Shown piece by piece: positions 47,955 to 57,757 of a DNA stretch of 64,000 nucleotides. The stretch comes from an uncultured Bacteroidales bacterium. Its GTDB lineage: Bacteria; Bacteroidota; Bacteroidia; Bacteroidales; PWNQ01. The stretch is taken from the NCBI GenBank assembly GCA_964477095.1, contig CAYZDA010000005.1, positions 12,703-76,702 on the forward strand. The letters are read 5' to 3'. The notes beneath the pieces were generated by a model, which was not told the origin of the DNA, ran no database searches, and saw nothing but the letters and a program-made list of their open reading frames with translations. A program made the position numbers and the translations under genes. Positions within the stretch are counted from its first letter, which is position 1; each line of letters opens with the position of its first letter.

Positions 47955-49808
47955 TTATCTAAGCTTTCTTGGTTTTATCATATTTTCAGGCTTAAGCACA
48001 TTATCCAGTTCTTCTCTGGAAATCAATCCCTGTTCCAGAACCAGGTCATACACACTACGGTTTTCCTTCAGTGCCTGCTTGGCTACCTTAGTGGAAAGCT
48101 CATAGCCCAGCAATGGATTGAGAGCCGTAACCAGTCCGATGGAATTGTGCACCTGCTCACGGCAATGCGCTTCGTTAGCAGTGATATCTTTAATGCAACG
48201 GTGATTAAGTGTATTCATGCCATTTTTCAGCATCTCGATAGACTCAAAGATGCTCTGAACAATGACAGGTTCCATCACATTCAGTTCCAGTTGTCCGGCC
48301 TCAGCAGCCATGGTCACGGTCAGGTCGTTACCGATCACCTTAAAAGCGATCTGGTTGACCACCTCGGGGATAACCGGATTAACCTTGCCAGGCATGATAG
48401 AAGAACCCGGCTGCATAGGAGGCAGGTTGATCTCATTAAGGCCTGTGCGTGGCCCTGAAGACAGCAGGCGAAGGTCATTGGATATCTTCGACAACTTAAC
48501 CGCCAGGCGCTTTAAGGCTGAAGAATACATAACAAAATCACCGGTGTCTGAGGTAGCTTCCACCAGATTTTCAGCATTATTTACATCCAGACCGGTAATA
48601 TCGCGCATGTTTTTAATCACCTTTTCCGCATATTCAGGATCGGAATTAATACCTGTACCGATAGCAGTAGCACCCATGTTCACCTCCAGAAACAGTTCAG
48701 CATTCTGCTTCAGCCTGTCAATTTCTTCCTGCAGCGTATCTGCAAAAGCTTCAAAGGTCTGTCCCAGTGTCATAGGTACGGCATCCTGCAGCTGTGTACG
48801 GCCCATTTTAATTATGTGGCCAAACTCCCTGCCTTTATAATGAAAGGTCTCTATGATCTTTTCCAGCACCTGAACCAGCTTTTCATTACTGTTATACAGG
48901 GCCAGCTTCACTGCCGTAGGGTAGGCATCATTGGTAGACTGGGAAAGGTTTACATGATTATTGGGATGACAGTGCTCATATTCTCCTTTTTCATATCCCA
49001 GTATCTGCAAGGCACGGTTAGCAATCACCTCGTTGGCATTCATATTGGTTGAAGTACCCGCGCCACCCTGTATCATGTCCACGGTGAAATGATTATGATA
49101 CTTTCCGTTACGCAGTTCGTTGCAGGCCCGCATAATCGCATCACGCAGGGAAGGGGTGAGCAGGCCAAGTTCGTAATTGGTCTGGGCTGCTGCCATTTTC
49201 ACCATCGCCAGTCCTTCAATCAGATCAGGGAAAAAGTTAAGGGTAACCCCGGTGATGTTAAAGTTCTCCATTGCACGCAGCGTCTGTATGCCATAGTAAT
49301 ACTCATCGGGCACCTCACGGTATCCCAGCAGGTCATGCTCGGTACGTGTACGTCCTGATTCATACTGCGCCACCACATGCATGGCCCTTTCGTTGGAATG
49401 GCGCATCCGGCGTGAGATTACCCTGGTTACATTAGAAAATATCTTAAGGGCAATTTCTCCATTTTGCTTGAAAAAATTCCGGTGGATTGTAAATATCTTA
49501 CTGTCCTGCATGGCGCGCGCCGTGGTGGAATGAGGAGCATCATCACTTAAAGACCCTTCACCCAGAAAGTCAAGCCGGCTGAACATGGTCAGGCGCTGCT
49601 CCTTTCCCTGAGAGGCCACCTTTACCAGTTCTACCTCCCCGTCATATATCAGGTAAATATATTCCCGCTGGGTGTTTTGTTCAAATAAGGTTTCTCCCTT
49701 TTTATACACCCTGTTCTGCATATGGTCAATAACCATTTGCTTTTCTGCTCTGTCCAGTCCTTTGAACAGCTCTATTCTATTTATAAATTCCTGTAATGCC
49801 TGTGTCAT
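47955..49808 (-). CDS. aspA: cyclic-nucleotide-binding domain fused to aspartate ammonia-lyase
   Basis: 617-aa ORF. Residues 1-150 resemble a CAP-type effector domain (FKGLD...GETLFEQ...IYLIYDGEVEL...FLGEGSL...TTARA). The remainder is class II fumarase/aspartase with the signature GSSIMPGKVNPVIPE and the AspA-like start DLLGYREVPDEYYYGIQTLRA. Confidence 0.8.
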   Translation of the reverse strand: MTQALQEFINRIELFKGLDRAEKQMVIDHMQNRVYKKGETLFEQNTQREYIYLIYDGEVELVKVASQGKEQRLTMFSRLDFLGEGSLSDDAPHSTTARAMQDSKIFTIHRNFFKQNGEIALKIFSNVTRVISRRMRHSNERAMHVVAQYESGRTRTEHDLLGYREVPDEYYYGIQTLRAMENFNITGVTLNFFPDLIEGLAMVKMAAAQTNYELGLLTPSLRDAIMRACNELRNGKYHNHFTVDMIQGGAGTSTNMNANEVIANRALQILGYEKGEYEHCHPNNHVNLSQSTNDAYPTAVKLALYNSNEKLVQVLEKIIETFHYKGREFGHIIKMGRTQLQDAVPMTLGQTFEAFADTLQEEIDRLKQNAELFLEVNMGATAIGTGINSDPEYAEKVIKNMRDITGLDVNNAENLVEATSDTGDFVMYSSALKRLAVKLSKISNDLRLLSSGPRTGLNEINLPPMQPGSSIMPGKVNPVIPEVVNQIAFKVIGNDLTVTMAAEAGQLELNVMEPVIVQSIFESIEMLKNGMNTLNHRCIKDITANEAHCREQVHNSIGLVTALNPLLGYELSTKVAKQALKENRSVYDLVLEQGLISREELDNVLKPENMIKPRKLR

Positions 49809-50424
49809 AATTTATATTTTTATCCCTAAGGGGAATTGTTCAAAACGGCGAATATACAAAGGTATTGCGTAATTTTCGACTGTTGTTAATTAATTAACAG
49901 TAAAGCTTTGGCTTTATTGCCCGTAAGCTGTTTATACTGGTTTATAATTGTTGAAATTGCAGGATCTCATAAATGATATCCCCAAACTTCAGGATAGCTG
50001 AACATGTAAGGGTATGGCATTGTTTAGCACTATTATTCAAATATCAGGCAGCTATGAGCAAATCCCCTGCGCGTCTTTAAAGACTGCAACGTGATCTGTA
50101 AAAGCGTGGTATTGCTTGCGGGCAGTGCTTTACCTTTCATTTTTATCTTTTTCCACACTGCCGGAGCCACTAAGCTTTCACGCTGATGTCTCTTCCGGCA
50201 GGTTTTTCGCACATGTATCTTTTGCAACATTTTTGTGTGGATGTGCATGCAGGAGCAGCCCCTGGTATTATCCCTGACAGCATCACGGTGTTGCTGTTTG
50301 AGCGCTGTCAAAACTGAAATATCATCCCAGCATGCAGCAACGCACTTACCGGTGTTTTTCTTAAGAAATGCTTCATGATACTGTTCACAGATTAATTTGT
50401 ACTTTTGACCTGTGAAATAACCGT

Positions 50425-51384
50425 ATGATGGAAAGACTGTCTATAGTCGTTATCGTCTATAATGAAAAGGAAAACATCAGGCCTTTAGTGGAAAAAATCA
50501 GGCATGATCTGAAGAGCTATGAATTTGAGATCATCTATGTGGATGATGGTTCCACGGATGGCACAGTGGCGGAGATCAATGCTGTGGCAGGACCTGATTT
50601 GAAGCTAATAGAGCTGATGAAAAATTACGGACAGAGTAGTGCCATGGCAGCAGGCATAGCCGAAGCCACCGGCGATTATATCGTTACGCTGGATGGAGAC
50701 CTGCAAAATGATCCCTCAGATATACCTGCCATGCTTGATAAATTGAAGCAGGAAGACCTGGACCTGGTGGCAGGTATCCGGCAAAACCGGCAGGATGGCG
50801 TTTTCCTGCGTAAGATACCCAGCAAAATTGCCAATATGATCATCCGTAGCAGCACCAGGGTACGCATGGAGGATTATGGCTGCACGCTGAAAGTATTCCG
50901 TAGCCGGCTGGCCAAAAATTTAGGACTTTACGGTGAGCTGCACCGCTTTATCCCTGTGCTGGCAAGCCTGGAAGGTGCGCGCCTGGGGCAAATGAAGGTG
51001 AAGCACCATGCCCGGCAGTTCGGAAAATCCAAATATGGCATCAACCGTACTTTTAAAGTGATCAGTGATCTTATCCTGATGGTGTTCTTTAAAAAGCATA
51101 TGCAGAAACCCATGCACCTGTTTGGTAGCAGTGGAATAATCCTCCTGGCTATTGGTATGGTCATTAATTTCTATCTGCTGTTTTTGAAGATACTGGGGCA
51201 TGACATCTGGGGAAAACCCCTGCTATTGCTGGGCGTCATTCTGTTGCTGGCCGGCATACAGTTGATTACAATAGGAGTGATGGCCGAACTGCTGATCAGG
51301 GTATATTACGAATCGCAGCAGAAAAAACCTTATCAGATCAGGAAGAAATATATAGATGGCAGGCAGGTGGAGCAACAGGATTAA
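50425..51384 (+). CDS. family 2 glycosyltransferase (polyprenyl-phosphate glycosyltransferase, GtrB/ArnC/DPM1-like)
   Basis: 319-aa ORF with the motifs VVIVYNEKEN, YVDDGSTDGT and DGDLQNDP, plus two C-terminal TM helices. Confidence 0.8.
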   Translation: MMERLSIVVIVYNEKENIRPLVEKIRHDLKSYEFEIIYVDDGSTDGTVAEINAVAGPDLKLIELMKNYGQSSAMAAGIAEATGDYIVTLDGDLQNDPSDIPAMLDKLKQEDLDLVAGIRQNRQDGVFLRKIPSKIANMIIRSSTRVRMEDYGCTLKVFRSRLAKNLGLYGELHRFIPVLASLEGARLGQMKVKHHARQFGKSKYGINRTFKVISDLILMVFFKKHMQKPMHLFGSSGIILLAIGMVINFYLLFLKILGHDIWGKPLLLLGVILLLAGIQLITIGVMAELLIRVYYESQQKKPYQIRKKYIDGRQVEQQD

Positions 51385-52240
51385 GCAACTGCTGAAGATC
51401 GTGATATCAGCAGCTGCATTATATGTGGTGTTTTCAAAGATATCCTTTGATGAAGTGATGGCCGTTTACCGGCAGGCCAACTGGTTGTGGCTTCCCGCGG
51501 CAGTGCTGCTGTTTGCCTTCTCAAAGCTGGTGGCGGCTGTGCGTTTGAATCTTTTTTTTGATGCCGTGGGTGTACACCTGTCTGGAAAACAAAACATCCG
51601 GCTTTACCTGCTGGGAATGTTCTATAATCTTTTTCTCCCGGGCGGTATAGGAGGGGATGGTTATAAGGTGTATTTCCTCAAGCAAAGGTTTCAATCGCAA
51701 ACAAAACATATCATCTCAGCAGTGCTACTTGACAGGATTTCGGGTCTGCTTGCTCTTTCAGCACTGGCGGCTCTCATGCTTGTATTGCCGGGCTTACCCC
51801 TGCCGGATTACTGGCAGCTGTTGCCATTGCTCATTATACCCGGCTATTTTATTGCCCGGTACACGATCCGGCGGTTCTTTTCTCTTTTTAAAAGTATTTT
51901 TAACAGGGTTTTACTGCTGTCCCTTGGCGTACAGGCCGTTCAGCTCCTGTGTGCTTTCGCCATACTGCAGTCCATGGATCAGCAGCAGATGATCCTTTCC
52001 TATCTGTTTTTGTTTTTGATATCCTCACTGGCTGCCGCCATTCCCTTCACCATAGGGGGTGCAGGAGCCAGAGAACTGACATTTCTGTATGGTTCGGGAT
52101 TATTCGGAATAGATGTGCACGCAGCTGTGGCGCTCAGCCTTAGTTTTTACCTGATTACTGTGATGGTTTCCGCCACAGGCTTATGGTATGTAGTGTCGCC
52201 AGGCAAACTCAGCAACACCGGACAGCTTGAGCAAAATTAA
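51356..52240 (+). CDS. flippase-like / lysyl-PG-synthase TM-domain (UPF0104) family membrane protein
   Basis: 294-aa multi-TM ORF with the block FLPGGIGGDGYKV typical of the family. It overlaps the GT2 gene by 29 nt. Confidence 0.6.
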   Translation: MAGRWSNRIKQLLKIVISAAALYVVFSKISFDEVMAVYRQANWLWLPAAVLLFAFSKLVAAVRLNLFFDAVGVHLSGKQNIRLYLLGMFYNLFLPGGIGGDGYKVYFLKQRFQSQTKHIISAVLLDRISGLLALSALAALMLVLPGLPLPDYWQLLPLLIIPGYFIARYTIRRFFSLFKSIFNRVLLLSLGVQAVQLLCAFAILQSMDQQQMILSYLFLFLISSLAAAIPFTIGGAGARELTFLYGSGLFGIDVHAAVALSLSFYLITVMVSATGLWYVVSPGKLSNTGQLEQN

Positions 52241-52443
52241 ACATAGCCCTGATATCAAACGGCGGCAGCTCTAATTTTGAACCCGCGGCAATAAGGCCTC
52301 CCTTTAATGATTTTCAGTCATTTTACTAATCCATGCTTTAAGTACCGGGTGAAACTTTCTATTTAATTAATTGTTTTATTATCAATATTCTTGACTGGCG
52401 GAGCAGGATATTGTATTTTAAACAACTTAAAACACTATTAACC

Positions 52444-52824
52444 ATGAACCAATTTCTCTGTCCACACTGCAAAAGCTTTCTTAATGTCTGCGACTATATT
52501 GTTACTACCTGCGAGAAGCATGACGGCAGCAGGGGGCTGATCCTTTTACATCCTGAAATAGGAAATTTTGAAATTAACCTGCATGAGGAGTTTAAGGTGG
52601 AGGAAGGAGAAAGAGTCCGCTTTTACTGTCCGGTGTGCCACAAAGACCTAACCTCACCCGCCTGTTCTGACCTGGTACATATGCAGATGACGGGTTATCG
52701 CAACACCATTTATGATGTGTACTTCTCTGCCATTCAGGGTGAAAGAAGCACTTATCTTATTCGTGAAAACAAGACTGATGTCTTTGGCGATGATGAGGAG
52801 AAGTACCGTAAATTCTTTATATAG
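52444..52824 (+). CDS. small zinc-ribbon protein, function unknown
   Basis: The ORF is open from 52411, with Met at 52444 preferred. It has two CxxC pairs (CPHCKS ... CPVCHKD). Confidence 0.35.
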   Translation: MNQFLCPHCKSFLNVCDYIVTTCEKHDGSRGLILLHPEIGNFEINLHEEFKVEEGERVRFYCPVCHKDLTSPACSDLVHMQMTGYRNTIYDVYFSAIQGERSTYLIRENKTDVFGDDEEKYRKFFI

Positions 52825-53285
52825 AGTGAGGATGTGCTATTGAATCCTGCAATTGTTATACATGATTCAGGGGTGATATTTCTCAGCACGAATTGCGCTA
52901 AATGATCCGTGTTGTTTCGCACTGAAAATTCACGGTTACAGTTAATATTCAGGACACCGCAGCCCTCTGGTTTGGCGTTTGATCATACATTCGATGGCGG
53001 AATATTTACCTGTTCACGTATCTGAAATCTTTGAAAGAATAAAAATGTCAAAAAAAAATTCATTAAGAATCACCTCAATGCCAGCCGTTTCATTGGTGTT
53101 AACGAATAATAAAGAAAAAATTATACACCTTTGGGCTTTACAAAAGGTAAAAAAATCTTTATCTTTAGCCTGAATTTGGAAAATAAGAGGATCCCGGCTC
53201 CGGCAAAATAAGCCGTGGAAAAGCCCCTATATAAAGAGATAGTACACTGGCGAAAGCCGGTGAAATTGCCTGACTAAATCCCATG

Positions 53286-53309
53286 AACCCCGCTTTGGCG
53301 GGGTTTTTT
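53286..53309 (+). terminator. strong hairpin plus T-run with no obvious plus-strand gene upstream
   Basis: AACCCCGC-TTTG-GCGGGGTT is followed by TTTTTG. On the minus strand the same hairpin sits 7 nt after the DUF6266 stop but lacks a U-tract. Confidence 0.4.
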
Positions 53310-53315
53310 GCGTTT

Positions 53316-53957
53316 TTACCCCATATTGATTGTTCCCAGATACACACTGTCGGAAGTATCCGAACGATTGGCTTTTGAAAAGGCCAGATACACATGAAGC
53401 TCATCGCCAGCAAAATGCTCAGGGATGAGTAGTTCGGTGCTGCAGCTATCACGTTTTTGGCCTTTGATGTTCCAGGCAGCTTCCTGCTTTGTGGGATTAA
53501 AAGCCAGTACCATGGCAATATCCGTCTTCTTTGCAGAGCCAATGCCTGAATTATCGTCCCAGCTAACCGTTATAAGCCCGGAATTATTGATCGTCGCATT
53601 TCCATTCTCCGCTACTGTGAGGTCACCATGACTAATTAATGCATGCTCATAATCAATACTAAGATTTGGTTTTTTGCCCTTAATACCATTTTTCATGATA
53701 CTTTTCATGAACTGGCTGTAAGCAGATTTCCCAGGCGGAATTCGCCGATAACCATATCTGGCAAAGGGCAGTATGACTTTGACAAATGCTACGGCTGTTG
53801 CCATTCGCCCGCGTTGGTTGAGTTGTGAGGGGCTTTTAGCATCATTGTAGTGTGCCGGGCGACTGCGCAGGTAGCTGATGCCATTCCAGCTGGATGCTAC
53901 CACGTTTCCGATTTTTCCTGATAAACCGCACCCAAAATCCGAGGTTACACGGGATTT
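53316..53957 (-). pseudogene. DUF6266-like gene lacking its start codon
   Basis: The reading frame extends upstream of the track's GTG (53903) as KSRVTSDFGCGLSGKIGNVVASSWNGISYLRS. This is the conserved DUF6266 N-terminal block, and it is preceded directly by an in-frame TAA (53958-53960) with no start codon. Confidence 0.45.
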
Positions 53958-54483
53958 TTATGCTACGATACAGAACAAATTTCATTTTGCCATACACGGG
54001 CAAACGGCTGCCGAACTCATTTACAAAAAAGCCGATGCCCGAAAAGAATTTATGGGACTTACTACATGGAAGTCGGCTCCCGAAGGACGCATACTTAAAT
54101 CAGACACTACCATTGCCAAAAACTATTTAAGAGAAGACGATATAAAAAAACTGGAACGTGCCGTGGGTGCTTTTTTTGACTATATCGAACGCATTATTGA
54201 AAACCGGAATACATTTACCATGGAACAATTTGCCGGCAGTGTGAATAAATTCCTGGATTTTAACGAATACAAAGTATTGGATGGAAAAGGACAAATATCG
54301 GCGAAACTGGTTGAACAGAAAGCTTTACAGGAATATGATAAATTTAATAAAACCCAAAAGATTGAAAGCGATTTCGATAAGATGGTAAAAGCACTGAAAG
54401 AAAAAAAACAAATGACAAATAATTTCCTCTTAGAAAATTTCAAACACCTCATTATCACACCCCAAAACGTGGAGCAGCTGTAA
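53950..54483 (+). pseudogene. RhuM family gene, C-terminal half only (5'-truncated), possibly fused to an hsdS N-terminal stub
   Basis: Homology-like sequence starts at DFYATIQNKFHFAIHGQTAAELI...GLTTWKSAPEGRILKSD..AKNYL, which is the middle of RhuM proteins (roughly 330 aa, recalled length). The last 23 codons (from 54412, MTNNFLLENFKHLIITPQNVEQL) resemble the N-terminus of Bacteroidota HsdS proteins. Confidence 0.55.
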
Positions 54484-54528
54484 ATACCAAAACATTTTCC
54501 ATTTGTAAAATTAGATGTGCATATGCAT

Positions 54529-54859
54529 ATGGTTATGCCTAATCATGTACATGGGCTAATTATCATTGACAAACCGGATGATGGGCGAAATGATAAAAAA
54601 AATCGGTAAATGCAATACAGGATAAAACGATGAACGAAACGTCGGTTGCAACGTGGGGCGCAATATGGAACCCACCCTGGAATGTAACGCAGGGTGCAAT
54701 TTGGGACGCCATGTAGAGACGCAAAATTTTGCGTCTCTACGGGCACGGGCACGGGTGCAGCAACGGCAACGGATTCCAAAAATACAATACCAACAAAATC
54801 CGCGGCCTGTATTTTATTTTTTTCCTGTTTCAGGAATTCCGATTGGAACATCGGGATGA
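54529..54859 (+). pseudogene. remnant of a RAYT/IS200-like (REP-associated tyrosine transposase-like) gene
   Basis: MVMPNHVHGLIIIDKPDDGRNDKKNR stops at 54607-54609. Downstream, in another frame, comes VETQNFASLRARARVQQRQR..., the typical central segment of these proteins. The N-terminal half is missing. Confidence 0.55.
54713..54740. repeat. 28-bp perfect palindrome inside the RAYT-like remnant
   Basis: GTAGAGACGCAAAATTTTGCGTCTCTAC is perfectly self-complementary. It encodes ETQNFASL or RDAKFCVST depending on frame. Confidence 0.9.
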
Positions 54860-54936
54860 ACTGTGTTAAAAAACGAGCCCCGCAGAATGCGGGGCAGAAA
54901 TCGGACATTATGGGCAGACACGGGACAAATTTACAT

Positions 54937-57315
54937 CTATTCTTTTATGATTTTCGTTTCTTGTATAGTATGATCCAAATGAATCTGAATTATATAGGCT
55001 CCTTTGGGTAAACCTGTCATATCATGAACATATTCGCGGGAATTAATTTCACCGGTTTTTGATATTAACCTTCCGGTTATAGTATATATCTCTATTTGGT
55101 TGATCTTTTCATCTTTGCTGGTTATATGTAGTTTTCCTTTTGTTGGGTTGGGATAAGTATTAATACCGGATTTATCCTCAATTGATTTGATGCTCGTCGA
55201 TATTTGATTTTCAAGCCATAGTATTTTGCTTGTGGGAAAGTTATCATATCCACGTACAATATCCGGGAGGCTGTCATTATTCAGATCGACAATATTCAGG
55301 GATAATTCGGATATGTAATTATCTGCAGATATTGGATAAACCTCCGGGAAGTTACCATTTCCATCGTTGATATAACAGTACCAGTCGGTAATAATATCGT
55401 AATCACCATCATTATCAATGTCTTCAACTGCTACAATTGGAGAATTTTTGTAATTATAGCCTAAATCCTGAAAAGTAAATGTTCCGTTTCCGTTATTTTC
55501 ATAATAGCCTGTTCCATTAACATTAGGAGTTACAATGTCCGGGTAATTGTCGCCATTGATATCCCTGGCTATAAGTTCATCTTCAATTTTATAACTAGCA
55601 GAATATCCATTGATTATGGTGCCTTCAGAAATATAATTTCCACTCCCGTCATTGCGATACCACATTATGCTATCCCATGCAGCTGCAACCACATCTTTAT
55701 GTCCGTCAGCATTTATATCAGCAATAGCAGCAGTTTCCAGGTTATAAATGCTGTCAGTAATTTCTATGGGTGGAGAAAAGTTTCCATTACCGTTATTTTC
55801 ATATAAAAACACGTGCTCACTCCACTCTGCCACTACGATTACATCCGGCAAACTATCATCGTTCATATCGGAGATTAAAACCTGTCTTGCTCCTCTTGCA
55901 GTTGAGTCAATTACATGGTAATTACCAAAGTTTCCGCTTCCGTCATTGGGATACCAAATGACTTTACCATCATTAATAGATGATACAATGATATCGGGAT
56001 GGTTATTGCCATTCATGTCGCATGTATTAACAGAATAAACTCCATCAGATTCTTTTACGGCAACGACATGCATTGTAAAATTACCATTGCCTTTGTTTTC
56101 GTGCCATGCAACTTTATTGTCTATAAGTGAACCGGATATAATATCCTGATAACCATCATTATTAAGGTCATCATAATGCAAAGACCTTAACCCCTTTATG
56201 GAGTTTTGTATCACTTTATATTGATCAAAATTACTGTTTCCCTGGTTTTGGATCCATCCTAAGCCATGCCCATTGCCATGAAGCGCATCCATGTGTCCGT
56301 CGTTATTTAGATCAGCAGGGAAAGAAAACCCGGATGGAATATTTGACAGTATTTTTTTGTTGCTAAATGTACCGGCACCTGTATTTTCATACCAATACCT
56401 GCCGGTAATGACATCAGGAAGACTGTCATTATTCATATCGGCTACAGTCATTTTTGCTGCTCTGGTGGAATCAATATATTTCTGTCCTGAAAAATTACCG
56501 TTTCCATCATTTTGATACCAGTTAATTTGATGTACATATTGGTGTCCGGAAGAAAGCAAATCTACGTGACCATCATTATTTAAATCCGCAGTGTAAATAT
56601 GTTTTGGAGAGTAATCCAATATGTCAATAACTTGTTTATTTGCAAAATTGCCGTTTCCGTCATTTTCAAACCAGACAATCCGATCCCAGTTTGCTGTAGA
56701 AACGATGTCAGGAAATCCATCCTCATTAATATCGGTTATTTTTATGCTGTAGGCATTTGCAGAATCTGAAATTATTTGCTGGCTTGCGAAATTGCCGCTA
56801 CCGTCATTTTCAAACCAGGCAATTACTCCATAACTTGTAGATCCATAAACAATATCCTGATCACCATCACCATCCAGGTCAGCAGCTTCAACTGTTTTAG
56901 CAAATTTCGCAGTGGATGTAAGAACATTTTGATTCGAAAAGTTCCCGCTGCCATCATTTTCAAACCAGGCGATTGTTTCGTCTTTATTAGAGGCGTATAT
57001 GATATCCTCATATCCGTTTCCATTTAGGTCTGCCGTGCAGATATCACGGCCCTCTTTGATATTCTTCATTACAGAATTCTTTGAACTGAAGTTCCCGTTA
57101 CCGTCATTTTCAAACCAGGCGATTTGATCATAGCTAAGGACTAATGCATCCTGATCGCCATCGTTTTCTACATCAAAAGCATAGACGTATTCTGTTTCAC
57201 AAAGCTCGTTTTTATAAACGTCTTTCGGATCTGAAAACATTCCGGGTTGCTGCCCCTGAAGTGAAGACCAACAAAAAATGGTCAAAAGCAATGGGAGATA
57301 AATTATCTTTTTCAT
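54937..57315 (-). CDS. FG-GAP/VCBS-repeat protein with T9SS C-terminal sorting domain
   Basis: 792-aa ORF with a signal peptide. More than ten repeats follow the pattern D(L/I)NGDG..D(I/V)...W(F/Y)EN.GNGNF. The C-terminus YPNPTKGKLHI...LPKGAYIIQI...KIIKE is typical of Por secretion tails. Confidence 0.8.
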   Translation of the reverse strand: MKKIIYLPLLLTIFCWSSLQGQQPGMFSDPKDVYKNELCETEYVYAFDVENDGDQDALVLSYDQIAWFENDGNGNFSSKNSVMKNIKEGRDICTADLNGNGYEDIIYASNKDETIAWFENDGSGNFSNQNVLTSTAKFAKTVEAADLDGDGDQDIVYGSTSYGVIAWFENDGSGNFASQQIISDSANAYSIKITDINEDGFPDIVSTANWDRIVWFENDGNGNFANKQVIDILDYSPKHIYTADLNNDGHVDLLSSGHQYVHQINWYQNDGNGNFSGQKYIDSTRAAKMTVADMNNDSLPDVITGRYWYENTGAGTFSNKKILSNIPSGFSFPADLNNDGHMDALHGNGHGLGWIQNQGNSNFDQYKVIQNSIKGLRSLHYDDLNNDGYQDIISGSLIDNKVAWHENKGNGNFTMHVVAVKESDGVYSVNTCDMNGNNHPDIIVSSINDGKVIWYPNDGSGNFGNYHVIDSTARGARQVLISDMNDDSLPDVIVVAEWSEHVFLYENNGNGNFSPPIEITDSIYNLETAAIADINADGHKDVVAAAWDSIMWYRNDGSGNYISEGTIINGYSASYKIEDELIARDINGDNYPDIVTPNVNGTGYYENNGNGTFTFQDLGYNYKNSPIVAVEDIDNDGDYDIITDWYCYINDGNGNFPEVYPISADNYISELSLNIVDLNNDSLPDIVRGYDNFPTSKILWLENQISTSIKSIEDKSGINTYPNPTKGKLHITSKDEKINQIEIYTITGRLISKTGEINSREYVHDMTGLPKGAYIIQIHLDHTIQETKIIKE

Positions 57316-57518
57316 ATGATTAAATTTGATTAAATAGGTGTTATGTTTACCCCGTCATTTATGCGGGGGAACTCGCATGCAATAGCTTAACTTTAATCAT
57401 TTTCTTGTGTGTTTAAGGCCATCATGCTCGTTTCATAAATAACATCTTTGACGGGTTTATTTATTTAGACACCGGAAATGCACCAGAAGTACATGTATTC
57501 TTATTGAATATGTAATTT

Positions 57519-57546
57519 GTAGCGACGCAATTTATCGTGTCTTTAC
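57519..57546. repeat. degenerate second copy of the RAYT-type palindrome
   Basis: GTAGCGACGCAATTTATCGTGTCTTTAC matches the 54713-54740 palindrome at 21 of 28 positions. Both copies are followed by GGG. Confidence 0.5.
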
Positions 57547-57757
57547 GGGAAAAACCAAAAATATGAAACAACCCCAGTCACATTATTATTTTTCCCTGTA
57601 TTGAATGTTTTTATTAATTAGTGCTTACAGTCCGGTGAGATGTTGTATATTTATGTCTCGAATGAAAGAATAAACTTTTACAAAAGGGATTTCAAAATCT
57701 TTATAAGTTGCATAATAAATTGTTTATGCTGCAATTAAAAGCCTGGAATAAACTCTG

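Noticed and set aside
50033-50311. 92-aa minus-strand ORF (TTG start) in the 616-nt gap between the cNMP-AspA gene and the GT2 gene, plus the hairpin CTGCCGGA...TCCGGCAG at about 50160-50205
   Set aside because: The translation is very basic and Cys/His/Arg-rich with no family resemblance, and the open frame extends upstream without a usable start. The hairpin does not reproduce the SRP GGAA-tetraloop helix. The gap is probably a long promoter region. It may deserve an RNA-seq look, but nothing is supportable from sequence alone.
54664-54682. 13-nt identity (GAACCCACCCTGGA) between the RAYT remnant and the start of the DUF3883 gene (62397-62410)
   Set aside because: By a rough estimate, dozens of 13-mer coincidences are expected among all pairs in a 64-kb window on two strands. 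There is no extended similarity around it.
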